Positions 1 through 12,500 of a stretch of 25,841 nucleotides of DNA are shown piece by piece; the stretch's first letter is position 1, and every line of letters starts with the position of its first letter. The notes under the pieces were generated by a model that saw only the letters and a program-made list of their open reading frames with translations, had not been told where the DNA came from and did not search any database. Source of the DNA: Amoebophrya sp. A120 (lineage: Eukaryota; Protista; Dinoflagellata). Location: assembly GCA_905178155.1 (NCBI GenBank), contig CAJINV010000005.1, positions 9,217,604 to 9,243,444 of the forward strand. The letters are read 5' to 3'. The position numbers and the translations under genes were made by a program.

Positions 1-689
1 GTGCGACACCTCGAGTGCGACTGCCTTCGGATTTTTTTTGGATTTTTGGCAGCAGATTACCAACTGGATAGTAAGCAACTGCCTCCGCCGATGGTATGGA
101 CCAGGTTTGGTCCGATCTCGCTACTATTGAATAGTAATGGAGGCACGACATCGATTTTCTGCTATTTTCTAGGAAGCTTTATTTTCCGGAAGTCGGAAAA
201 TCCGGACCGCAGCGATCTCCCGAGATCTTTCCGGAAGTCCAGATCTCTTCGGAAAATCGAATGTCCGGCAAGGTGCCGACGTTGTCCATAGGGTTGAGGG
301 GCTGCAGAATCGATTTTGTGGCCGGTAGGGCTCGTTGCCCGTACCTCATAGGGCGCGGGCTGGGACGGGGGTTGGTAAGGCATTGGCGTGGGAGACTGCA
401 TCCGCGAAGAAAGGGCGGACGCACAAAATAGATTTTGTGGGAGATCCGCTAAGGCGCATAGCGGGATGGAAGCTCTCCCCCCTAGTCCGTCGGCCCGGCG
501 GATTGCGTGGCGCACCGCCTCGATATTGAGCCACGCAGCCGCTCGATTCGGTCGGACCTGGGAAGCTGCGAAATCGATTTTGTGTGGTCGGGCGATTGTG
601 TGGCCTTCGACAGCGATTGCGCGACCCACAACGGCGAACCTGTGGCCAGCACAAAGCCGACCTTTTGGTCGGCGCTGCGTTCTGGGGGA

Positions 690-1378
690 ATGGAAAATCG
701 ATTTTGTGCAATCTGCGGGATTGCGCGTCTGGAGGAGGGGTTTTGTGCAATCCGCGCCTACGAGATTCGATTTTGTGCAATCTGCGTTCTGTGCGATGCA
801 AAATCGATTTTGTGGAATGCAAAGTCGATTTTGCGGGATTCGGTTTTGTGCAATGCAAAACCGTGATGTGGTTTTGTGCAATGCAAAATCGATTTTGTGC
901 AATGCAAAATCGATTTTGTGCAATGCAAAATCGATTTTGCGGGATTCGGTTTTGTGCATATGCAAAATCGATTTTGTGCAATCCGCGTCTGAGGGAATGC
1001 AAAATCTATTTTGTGCAATGCAAAATCGGGACTAGGTTTTGTGCAATGCAAAATCGATCTTGTCCAATGCAAAATCGATTTTGTGCAATGCAAGATCGAT
1101 TTTGCGGCATTCGGTTTTGTGCAATGCAAAATCGATTTTGTGCAATGCAAGATCGATTTTGCGGCATTCGGTTTTGTGCAATGCAAAATCGATTTTGTGC
1201 AATGCAAAATCGGGCTTCGGTTTTGTGCAACGCAAAATCGATTTTGTGCAATGCAAAATCGATTTTGTGCAATGCAAAATCGATTTTGCGGGATTCGGTT
1301 TCGTGCAATCATGCAAAATCGATTTTGTGCAATCCGCGTCTGCGGGAATGCAAAATCGATTTTGAGCAATGCAAAATT
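690..1378. repeat. 21-bp satellite TGCAAAATCGATTTTGTGCAA with a palindromic core, interspersed with variant units
   Basis: Tandem units are directly visible; the core CAAAATCGATTTTG is its own reverse complement. Isolated degenerate copies lie upstream near 305, 423 and 570. Confidence 0.95.
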
Positions 1379-1493
1379 CGGGAATCGGGAATCGCCCCCC
1401 TTAGGTTGGTTGGCTCTGGCCTCTACAGTTTCGCCGCGCCACCGGATTTTTTTTCGATTTTCTTGGCCGATAAAAAGTTGGTCCAAATCACTA

Positions 1494-1792
1494 CCAACAT
1501 ATCGAAACGAAGTCTGTGATGCTGTATTTGCGTACACAAATCAGATTTGTCCTGCTGAAGGGGACGGCAGGCCTGCATCAAGCCTGAGTAGGGAGGTTTT
1601 GGCCTAGGCGCGTAGCATGAGAAACGTCTGCGCTGCAGGGCAAACCGCATCACACCCCGCCTCCATAATGCGGCGGAGCCTGTGGAATTGGGGTCTTGCA
1701 AGACAGAGATGATTTGTGGTCGCAAATCAGCATTGCAAATTTTCTGCGACGTATCTTTTCCATATGTTGAGGGGGGACTTTTCTTTACGATA
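1494..1792. mobile_element. Left-truncated introner, family D, inverted relative to 10118-10445
   Basis: Right end CATATGTTGAGGGGGGACTTTTCTTTACGATA and the internal sequence match the reverse complement of 10118-10445. Only CAACATAT of the left TIR remains. Confidence 0.8.
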
Positions 1793-1793
1793 G

Positions 1794-4297
1794 TTGCTGG
1801 AAGAAGAGGAAAATCTTGACAGAGACGCTAGTTTGCCGCCCAATACAAGAGGTGCGCAACGAATAAATCACCTGAACAATAAATCCACCTCGAGTAGTTC
1901 CATCCACGCAGATTTAGAACCAACTTTGCTAGCGGAGACACTGCAACAGAAGCGGAGCCGAAGTGGTAGCAGTTCCAATCTCATCAACAAAAATGGGCAA
2001 AACAACAACAATTCATCCAGCAACAACTCTTCTTTCGGAGGACCGCCTGCGAGAAACAAGCTGAGCCTGACGAACACCAGCGAGCATTTTTCTTGCAATT
2101 CGAATTTTGAAAACAACTACAACTCGTCCAGCGAGGAAATATTTAAAGTGGAGGAAAAGAATATACTGGGAAATTCTTCGTCCAGCACTGCGCATGAACA
2201 AGACAGTTCTTCCTTCGCGTTGAATCCGTTTCCAACAGGAACGTCGGCGGACGGGTTGGGCTTGTGTTTTCAAAAGTACAACGGGACGAGCGGTTCATCG
2301 TCTTCATCCGTGGGGGTTCATTTTAACGCGGCCGGGAATCCTGTTGATTTCACCAACAAGACTCGTGGCGCCAGTACTGCTTCCTCCAGCTCTAGTTCTG
2401 CGACAGCCACGTCGAAATACCTGCTTGATCTACCGTTCACGTTGAAAGAGAGGCGGGTGGAGCAAGCGCCGGCACTATCCAAGAAAAAAACTGTGTTAGT
2501 GTGGGTCTTTTGGGAAAACAGCATCACAAGTTTGTCTGCCATGACAGGAAAAACTTGTCATGCGCAGATACGACGGGAAAACACGGAGGAAACGAGCCTA
2601 CCATGCATGTGGAGCATGATGACACGCGTAACTGTTTTGCTTTTTCTGCATCACAGACTTACACTTACACAGTGTTTTTCTTTGATAGGCACCGGTGGTG
2701 GGCGGAAGTAGGCGCAGCTCCTCGACCTCGCAGAGGGTGAGTTTCTATGGATTGCAAAAATGTCTGGGTCTGGAAGATTGCAACTTGTCATGCGAAATCC
2801 GAATCATGCAAAAGTCTGTGTTGCATGAGTGCCAAAAGCTGTCCACTTTCGACCAAGTTGGGAGGGAGTTTCTCATGCAGGATAGGCATGAAAGAGACCT
2901 CGCAGACTCTGTCGTGCTAGGTCCCGCATTCCAGACCTGAAGGGTCAGGGAAAACGTGCATGACAAGTTCACACTCTTCCAGACCCAGACATTTTTGCAT
3001 TTGATAGTTTGAGCGGCTCTGCAACTTCGAACGTGATGGCTTATTCGAAACAGCAGACTGTTCTCCCGCCGGCGGAATCTATACAACTAGGGACGACATC
3101 ATCTTCAAACAGGCCGACTACAACGCGTCCGGGAGTTATAATTCCCGGTGTGAACACAAGCGCGGCACACGTGAAAACTAGCACGGACTACGCGCAGCTG
3201 TCTCCGGACAAAAAACAGCGGGAGAGAAAGAACTCGTGGATATAACCTGCTCAGGTGTTACAATCTCAAACGCCACGAGAGAAATGGAAATTTGTGATGC
3301 AAAAAGTGCATGGTCTAGTCTGCTGTCACGGGATTGCGCATGACAAGTTACGGAGCTCCAAACCGCATGAGGGTCTGGCGAAATTTGTATTGCGAAAAGC
3401 GCAAAGCTCTGCAGGTTCCTTGTTATGCTCTCTATGCAATACAAATCCCACAGCCACGTGCTATTAGAGCATTTGAGACTGTAACATCTGAGCAAGCCAT
3501 AGTGGAGCGCGGTGAGTTCTAGCTCCTCGAGTTCCGCGACGAGTGCTACCTTCGTTGCACCAAGTGGAACCACCGCCGCCGGGGGGCGTGTTGCTGACCG
3601 TTCCCCGCCAAAACAGCGGGATTTTGGCGGAACAATTGGAGCTGCTTCCGCTGCTGGTACGAACGCCTCAGCGTCGTCACAGACACGAAAACCACTATAC
3701 AACGAAGCGCCGTATAAGCCGCCGCCGAGGACAACTATAACAGGAACGGCGCTCAATTGTATGGTCCCCTCAGCTGCTGGACAAGGACAAGGTCAAACTC
3801 CAACTACCAACCCCCTCCCCATCAGCCGCTCGTTGTTCGCCGGGAGCAAGCATACGATCCCGCTGACCACCGGGAAGCGGATTTTCATCACGCCGCCAAC
3901 AGGGCCCGGGGCTTTGTCCTCGTCGAGCAATAATATCAGTAGGAATCCACCACTGAATAGTGGTTCATCTCTTCTGAACAACCCGAGTTTGTTGAACACG
4001 AGTAGTGTTGCACCATCATCAAATCATGCGGCGAATCATTCCGCGAACAACTACACCCGATCTACATTCATCCACCTGTCGAGAACAGACTCGGAAGCCG
4101 CTGTGCCACAAGGGAAGATTATTTCCGCGAGCGAACGAGAAGAGTTGCAGCACTTGCAGCAATTGATCAAGGAGAGGGACGTGTTGGTCGCGGAATTGCG
4201 GAAAAAAGTGCTGGAACCGGAGGAAATTCGGAAGTTGAGTGTGTTGTTGGAGGAATTGCGCGGCTTGCGGGAAAGCAGCGCGAATGGGAGGAAGTGA
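1794..4297 (+). CDS. Gene 1, 5'-partial: Ser/Asn/Thr-rich low-complexity protein with a C-terminal coiled coil, function unknown; about 584 aa visible
   Basis: Exons ~1794-2475, 2693-2745, 3012-3240 and 3507-4297 join in frame (..APAPVVGG..RVS[F/L]SGSA..NSWSAVSS..) after removing three introners plus 5 nt each. It starts immediately after an introner end, so upstream exons are probably outside the window. The 3' end could extend via a GT-AG intron. Confidence 0.75.
2476..2687. mobile_element. Introner family B (212 bp)
   Basis: TIR TATCCAAGAAAAAAACTGTGT / ACACAGTGTTTTTCTTTGATA; DR GGCAC/GGCAC; frame restored. Confidence 0.92.
2746..3006. mobile_element. Introner family A1 (261 bp)
   Basis: 31-bp TIR with core TGCAAAAATGTCTGGGTCTGGAAG; DR GTTTC/GTTTG; close copy of 11237-11497. 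Confidence 0.92.
3241..3501. mobile_element. Introner family C (261 bp)
   Basis: TIR core TGCTCAGGTGTTACAATCTCAAA; DR GTGGA/GTGGA; related to 18780-19041. Confidence 0.92.
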
Positions 4298-6554
4298 GGA
4301 CTGGCGTTTTTACTTGTGGTCTGACGTTGAGAGTAAGAAGTTGCAAGAATTTGATGATGTGCTCTATCTTAATCTACTTTCCTGCAAGTCGAAGTTGTGT
4401 GTTGTACAGAAGTCGAAAAGAAGCAGTGAACGAGCACGCGGAGAAGATCTTACCAAAGTTATGTTAGTGCAGCAGCGCATGTTGAAGTCTTTTCTTATTT
4501 GTCTGGAGTTACGGTTGAGTAAGGAAAGAAGCTCTGAACAATATGATCCATGAAATGAAAGCAGATGGCTTGTGAATCCCGAAAGAGGAGGTCGGAAACT
4601 TTTTGCCGAGAATTGTAGGTGTTCGCTCCCCAGCAACAGCATGCTTTTTAGTTGCGGGCATCTGTTTGATCATAGCAACCAACAGCAACAGTGGGCGCCA
4701 CCATTCTAGCGCAAACGCTAGCCCATTGCGCAGGTCCCTGCGCCTGGGAGATACAGGGGCGGGGGCTTTCGTGTGTCATGCAGGAGCTCCGCCCAAGACA
4801 GAGGGAGCGCCGCCACCCTCGAACTTTGTGGCGTTTTGCGGGCCGGCTGGTCTCTCTGTGTTTTCTGGTTTGCCTGATATGGGCAGCGCGGCGCCAGCGG
4901 CTACGTTGTCCTATTGCGGACCGATCAGCGCGCGCCATTTCTGGCCCGCCGCCCCGCGTTACGGCGGGCAGCCGGCGCGCCCGCGCGAGCCAGCTGCCTA
5001 GCGGCCTTTATTTTTTCGTGGCCGTGCATTAGCAAAAACAAAAAAACAGCACGCCGCCACCCACCACAACCAACCACGGCAAACAAGGACGGCGCCGCCG
5101 CGCGCGCCATGCATTTTTTTGCGGCCGCGGATATGGTGGCGCGCCGGGAAGCCGCCCAGGCAGGGCGGTGGGCCCTCGACAGCCCTGCGCGCCCCGCGCA
5201 TGGCGCCGCTTGCCGCGCAGGTAGCAGGCCGCGCGCCATCCTCCGGGGGAGGCCGGGGCACGCATCTTCGCCGGGCGCTTGTCGGGCAGGGCATCGGAGA
5301 GAGCTTCGCGGGCTCGGGCTGCCTCGGCCGGGGCGGGCGCGTTGTTTGGTTGTGGCGCCGCCCGCGGCAGCCCTTCCGCTTCGCTGCCGTGCTTATGATG
5401 CTGCCCGGGCCCTGCTTAGTCAGTCTGCCGGGGCCGGGCGGGGCCGGCGCCGGTTCTGGCCCGGCAGCAAGCTGCGGCCCGGGCGGCCCCTTGGCCGCGT
5501 GGCTTTGGCGCCAGCCTGCCGTCGTCCCGGAACTACGTTCCCCGCGCGGGGCACTGTGCCCCGGGGGACCGACCACGTCCGCGCAGCAGGAGAGAAGTGG
5601 CGACCACGCCCAAGACCCGGACCGGGGCGCTATCAGTCTACCCCCGCGCAGACGGGGGGGGAGGCGGTGCGCCAGGCCGCGCCCCCTCGCTCGCTCGTCA
5701 GCCTGACGCCGTGGGCGCGGGCGCCCGCCCTTTTCTGTCGGGCCTACTGTCGCGCGCGGAATGAAAGGAAAGCAGGGCCGGGGGCGCGCGGGAACGAACC
5801 CACCGGGGAGGCGCCCCTTTTTAATTTTTGTCAGGCCGCTGCTTCGCGGGGGGGCCTAGCCTTTCGCCGGTGCTTGTGCGGCGCCAGCCTGGACGGGGGC
5901 CTCCGCGCATTGCCGTTGTTTTCGCCCAGTGCTAGGACCGGGCGCGCTTCTTGGCGCAGCTCCGTCGTGCACAGCGAAGGCCCCCGGCTGCCCTTGCTTT
6001 CTCACTCCAGGTCGCAGGGCAATGCCGGTCGTATCTTTCTTGTGCTAGCTCGGTTCGACGCGTGGCCGAGTCTCTATCGCCGCTAGCTTCAGAGTAACAA
6101 AACCACTCAGCTTTATCTTGCTTGTCCGCCAGTTCTTGTTCTTCACACACTTTGTATCCAAGATCCACTCCGCTCATGCCGACGGCGAAGCGGAAGAACA
6201 ACAGTTGAGGCAGTTCTTTGGATCTCAACCATAACCTTTTTCTGTTGTAGTCCTGCCCGGCCTGACAGATCATTGGCGCGTGCGTGTATTCGATGGCATG
6301 TAGTACAAGGAGCACAGTAGAATTCATGTTCATCTATTTTGAATTCAGAAAAGAACAGTAGGAATAGCTGCAAATCAACATAATCAAACTGCTTGACGTA
6401 CTATGGCAATTGATTTCTTCGACGCTATGGTATAGCTAAGGCACTTCACACACGTACTGGACGACAGCGTTTTCTTTACCTAAAAACTTACACCTGCTCC
6501 TTTTGCGAAACTTTCCTTCCACATTCCCCCTTCCCACATGTACCTGTTTTTAAG

Positions 6555-9500
6555 ATGCCACCTTCGAAGAAGCAAAACGTGAATTCTGGCGAGGCCAAGA
6601 AGCCCAACGCCAAGGCCAAACCGAAGGCAAAACCGAAGGCGAAGCCCAAAGCAAAACCGAAAGCAAAACCCAAGGCAAAGCCCAAAGCGGAACCAAAGGC
6701 GAAGCCGCAAGTGGAGTTGGGAGCCAAACCCGAGGCAAAACCGAAAGCAGAGCCGAAGGCAAGAGGGCGGCCGAAAGGCAAGGGCGCTGCGAAGCCGAAG
6801 GTAGCACCGGTGAAGAAGCAGGAGGGGGCAAAGAAACACCAGCAGGAAACGACTTCTCCTAAAATCGGTAAGGAAGTAGTTGTAGAGCAGGCGGCGGGAG
6901 GGCCAGCGGCTTCCTCTTCTTCTTCTTGTTCTGCTTCTGCGGCCGCATCCGCATCGGCAAAACCCGCGAAGGAAGAGAAATTTGTGCAAGGAACTAGCAC
7001 GACTCTCAGCACGACCAGCCCAATCGTTAACCTTGCTCCGGGGGCGAAACTAGCGGAGAAAAATAAAGTTCATTTCAATACAACCAGCTCCAGCTCCAGT
7101 CCGCCTGCTCACGTAGTTGTACCTCCTGTAGCAGGGAACAACAAAGAAGCTGAGGGCAGCACCAGTACGAAAGTTATTTCTAGCACTATAATTACTGACG
7201 CGCAGGGCAGACTGAAGAGACTTGAGATTTTTTTTGATCCAGTGGCAAAGAAGCAGAGGGTTGTGCAGCACTTTATTGAAGACACTCCTCCTGCAGAAGA
7301 AGTTGCTCCGGAGAAGGTGGCGTCGTCGAAGAAGGCAGGTGCTTTGGAGACTACCTCGAAAAGTGGTAGTGCCGCCGTTGCCTCTGTGCCAGTGCCAGAG
7401 GAGAAGAAATTTGACAACACGAAAACAAGTTCCGGTCCTGTACCTCCTGCACTTGCGCCACTGAGTACTTATTCTAGAAAGGAGATCACGAGGACTGCTG
7501 TTGACACTAGTACCTCCAGCACCGTCGCAGCTGGTATTGCTCCGTCGAAGAAAAAGAAGACAGGTGAAGAAGAGACTACTAGTACCTCAAACAGCGTTCC
7601 TCTTGTAGCTGTGCAAAATAAACTGAAAAAGCAGAAACTTGATACAACAGAGTTGTTGTCCACCTGTTCTACCACTGGTCATCTCGCAGGAGCAGTCGGA
7701 GGTGCAGCTTCTGCGCAAAAGGACAAGCAAATCGACACGTTGGTAGAAAAGAGTTGTTCCGGTGTTAATACCGCAGGTTCTACTTTGTCTGGAGCGAAGA
7801 ATAAACCTTCTGCGACTTCGATCTTATCTCAGAGTAAGAACGTGGACGTCAAGCAGGAGAAGATCGAGAGCAAAACTGGTGGCTCCACCGAACCTGTCCC
7901 TGCTGTTGCCTCACCAAAGGAGGAGCGCGTTGATATAAAAATTACCACGACTGCTGCTGAAGATGAAGACGTGCCAGCAGCTGCGGTGGTGAAAGTTGAC
8001 GTTGCCACTACAACTTCCAGCAAAGACGCGCCTGCTGCTCTGCCGGTGGAACAAAAGAAAGTTGCCGTTGCCAGCACTCCTTCCAGCGAAGACGCGTCTG
8101 CTGCTGCGCTGCCGAAGCCAGACGAGAAAGTTGCCGTTGCCAGCACTCCTTCCAGCGGAGACGCACGCGAAGGGCTGCCGAGGCCAGACGATAAAGTTGA
8201 CGTTGCCAGCACTCCTTCTAGCGGAGAGGCACGCGAAGGGCTGCCGAAGCAAGACGAGAGCGCCGAGATTGTCAGCACTCCTTCTGGTGAAGAAGCGCCA
8301 GCAACTGGGTCGGAGAAAAAAGACGAGAAAGTTGACATTTCCACTAATTCTGACGAAGACGCGCCTGCAGCTACTTCGCCGGTGGAAAAAGACGTGAAAG
8401 TTGACATTGGCACCACTTCTAGCGAAGACCCGCCTGCTGCGCTGCCGAATCAAGAGGAGAAGGAGGTTGACGGCGCCAATATTTCTTCTACAGGAGACGC
8501 GCCAGCAGCTACGTTGGTGTTGACACAAGACGAAAAAGTTGACATTGCCACTACTTCTAGCGAAGACGCACCAATAGCAGCTCTTTCGGTGAAACAAAGC
8601 GAGAAACAAGTTGAGGTCTTGCCCACTTCTAGCGAAGACGCGCCAGCAGCTCTTTCGGTGAAACACGAGGGGCAGAAAGTTGACGTTGCTACTACTTCTA
8701 GCGAAGACGTGCCAGCGGCAGCTCTTTCGGTGAAGCACGGCGATAAAGTTGACGCTCTTCCGACTTCGAGTGACCACGCATCAGCAGCTCCAGCGGAAAA
8801 AGAAGAGAAGCGTGAGGACGATTCCACTCCTTCTAGCGAAGAACACGCAGCACCTGCTGCAGCTCTGCTGGTGAAGCAAGAGAAAGTCGACTCCACCCCC
8901 TGCCCGACGGCTAGCGAAGACGCACCAGCAAGAGCTGCTGTAGTACCGGAGAACAAACACGACGAAAGAATTGACATTACCTCCGGGACCACTTCTGGGG
9001 AAGACGGATCTACTGCTGTTCTGCCGAATCAAGTAGACGGGAAAGTTGACATAATTACTAAAAATTATTCGAGCGGGGAACACGAAGAACACACGCCAGC
9101 TGCTTCAGCGGTCGTGGAGGAATATAAGGAAGTTGACATTACCACGACGGTGGATAGTGGAGACGCGCCAGTACTACCAGCTCCATCAGAAAATAAAGAG
9201 CTCGAAGATCTTCATAAAGCTGACAGCGCGAATATTCTTGCCAGCGAACAAGAGAACGGTCCATCTGCATTTGCTCCAGGTCTTCGGGAGAAACAAAACG
9301 ACGAGGGCACTGACGTCATTATCGCCACTTCATCTTCCAGTGGGGCTGGTGACGCAGTAGACGCAGTTGTTCCTTTGCCAAAAGAAGACGGCAAAGAAAT
9401 TGACAAACCTTCGACGACGTCGCCGCCCCTGACCCCAGTCTCTACAACTCCATCCACCAGTTCCCCCGCAGCAGTGGCGGGAACAAAAGAAAATAAAGAT

Positions 9501-12500
9501 AATCCAGAACAAGAAACACAAGCAGGCGTGAAAAACAGCTTTTCAGCTATACCGGACATCGACAAGAACAATCTTATCAGCGACAAGCAACTGACGGCGA
9601 TCCGGCTGAGACACAAAAAGATGGCGGAGGCCATGGAGAAGCTGTTGAAGTTGCAGGAAGACTACAATAAAAAGAACCGGCTCCGGGTTCTCATCCTCGG
9701 CGGCTCGACCTTCGTTGGCAGAACGTTGGTCCGGAACATCTTGAAAGAAGTCCATCATTATCAACTGCAACTATGTCTGGGTCCTCTGGAAACTTGTGCT
9801 GCGGGGAAGGGAATACTTAGTGAAAGCACTGTAATGCGCTGCCGAGCATGACAAGTTTTGCTGTGGTTCTGAGTTGCGTACTCTGCATGAGAAACTGCGC
9901 TTTTGTATGACAGGCAAGAGGAGCTCTTCGCGGCCACGCAATACAGAGTTCAGAGTCATGCCCGACTAGCATGACAAATCTCGCAATCTCCCAGACCCAG
10001 ACATGCTTGCAGTGCATAATCATTTGGACTTGGCGATTCTGAATCGCGGCCGGAAGTATTGGGATGGCGACTGGCAGGGCGCATTTCCGCCGACGAAGGA
10101 GAACATTCATGAAACAATATCGTAAGGAAAAATCCCCCCTCCCCATATCGAAAAGGCATCCTTTTGAAAATTTGTGATGCTGATTTGCGGCCACAAATCA
10201 GGTCTGTCTTGCAAGAGAGCAAAGCCCGAGCTTCCTCCGCTTTACGCCGGCGATTTGTAATGCTGCTGCGCTAACAGGGCAGCCGTCTGCCTCTGCCATG
10301 CTGAGCGCCCACTTCCAGCCAGCCCCTTCCAGGCTTTGCATCTGCCTGCAGTCCTCTAGGGCAATGCAGAGCTGATTTGCGTACACAAATTCCGCAACAC
10401 AGATTGCCATTTTGATATGGGGAGCGGGAATTCTTTCTTTTGATAAACAAACACGCTGAGGATCTTCCCCGGGGATCGGCGGAAGATGAAAGGGAAGCCT
10501 TTTCAGGACATCATCGCCAAACTTACGATCGAAGATAAAACCCGCTTTTATTACGATGAGGTGCTGGACTACATCGCAAAAACTCATGGGGCGGGAGATG
10601 AAAATGGAAATGACAATGGAAATCAAAATCCCTCGTCATCTATCAAATGCAAAAGTGTCTGGGTCTGGAAACTTGTGATGCTAAAAGTGAATGGTAGACG
10701 GACTGCAATACGCGGTATGCATGACAAATTTTCCGGCTCCCATGTCTTACGTATTCCGCATAGCAAACTGCGTTTTTGCATGACAGGTAAGAGGGCCTTT
10801 TCGTGCCTATGCAATACAGATTCTCAAGTCATGCCAGACAAGCATGACAAACTTGCATTCTTCCAGACCCAGACATTTTTACAGTTGATATCATCCAGTT
10901 GTGCGGATCATAATGGGAAAAAGACCACCAACATGATCTCGTCAACCAATCCATCTGATCCATCTGATCATGGGAAAATGACTAGTGCAGCTGCTTCTAG
11001 TTCATCATCATCATCATCAGCAGGTGCTCCTGCTCCTCCGCAGGACAGCATCAACAAGAAAAAGCCGTTTTGGGACGTGATTGTGGATTTCTGTTGTTTC
11101 CAAGAGTCAGAATTTCAAGACGTCATGAAGGGGTTGTACTTGGCCGGGAAATTGGTTTGTGACGAGAGGTGGAGCCTAGAAAAAGAGAAAAGGGAAAACC
11201 ACAGAGTTCACCCCCAGGTGGTGTGGGATCACGCGATATGGATTGCAAAAGTGTCTGGGTCTGGAAGATTGCAACTTGTCATGCTAAATCCGATTCGTGC
11301 AGAAATCTGTGTTGCATGAGTGCCAAAACCTTTCCACTTTCGACCAAGTTGGGAGGGAGTTTCTCATGCAGGATAGGCATGAAAGAGACCTCAGAGACTC
11401 TGTCATGCTAGGTCCCGCATTCCAGAGCTCAAAGGTCATGACAAACCTGCATGACAAGTTCACACTCTTCCAGACCTAGACATTTTTGCATTTCATACGC
11501 GAAACAAGCCAACGTCGTTTCCGACAACTTTCCCCCGGAAGCCTTCGTCAGTTATGCAAGAAAAAAACTATGTAAGTGTAAATCTGTGATGCAAAAAATG
11601 CAAAACAGTTACACTTGTCATGCTGAGTGTGCGTAATAGGCCACTTTCCTACGTATTTGCACGTACTAGCTGCGCATGACAGGTTTTTCCTGTAATGCAA
11701 AGCGAATTTGTGATGCTGCTCATTCTACAAGGTTACACTTACACAGTTTTTTTCCTGGATATCAGTCATTACATCTTCATTTCCACGGATTCCGTGTATG
11801 AGGTGTGCGGTCTCGAAAAGTGCGCAAAGGAAAGAATCGCGATCGAACGGCTCTTATGAACTGCAAAAGTATCGTAGTGCTAGTAGTAATGGCAATACAA
11901 ATTAGCTCAGCATGACAAATGGAATTTGTCATGCTGTTTTGATGCCTTGGGATAAAGATTTGTAAATGCATGACTGCGATTAGGATTACTACGAGTGCGA
12001 TGCTTTTGCAGGTCATAGCTTTTACCCAAGAAGGACGTGGAGAATTATTACAAGTGGAAATTTTCGGATGCGAAGCTACTGCATAGTATCCTGAGTAAAA
12101 ACGTACCCACACCAGAGTTGTAATGCAGATTTGCAAAGACAGGAAGACTTGTAATGCGCATCCCCATGAGAGCCATTCCCAGTCGTGTTTTGGAATTTGT
12201 GATGCTGTGAACAGGATGAGCAGATGAATCTGTGACGCGGCTGCACTTGCTAACCTGCACTACACTGCATAGCGCAACTTGTCATGCGTGACTCACAAAA
12301 CTCCTAGGTTTGTGTTGCAAAATCCTCATCCTGACTCTGGTGTGGGTACGTTTTTACTCAGGATAAGGACTACGACTACTTCAACATCTGGGGCGGGTAA
12401 GAGCGACAGCAAGCAGAGCCTTGGCGGAAAAGCAGAAGTGGAGCACGGTAGTTCAAGTTCAACAACATCAGTTATGGATTGTAAAAATGTCTGAATCTGG

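Noticed and set aside
300-1378. CRISPR array suggested by palindromic repeats
   Set aside because: Repeats are mostly head to tail without unique constant-length spacers, there are no cas genes, and the context is eukaryotic.
162-1607. Long ORFs on both strands over the satellite
   Set aside because: Artefacts of a stop-free 21-bp unit.
4294-4618. GT-AG intron extending gene 1 into a short last exon ending near 4709
   Set aside because: Possible in frame, but with no independent support; left out of the model.
4914-6086. 390-aa ORF and overlapping ORFs
   Set aside because: Arg/Ala/Gly/Pro-rich translations typical of GC-rich non-coding DNA; no motif recognised.
6480-9634. Minus-strand ORFs opposite gene 2
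   Set aside because: Shadows of the repetitive plus-strand coding sequence.
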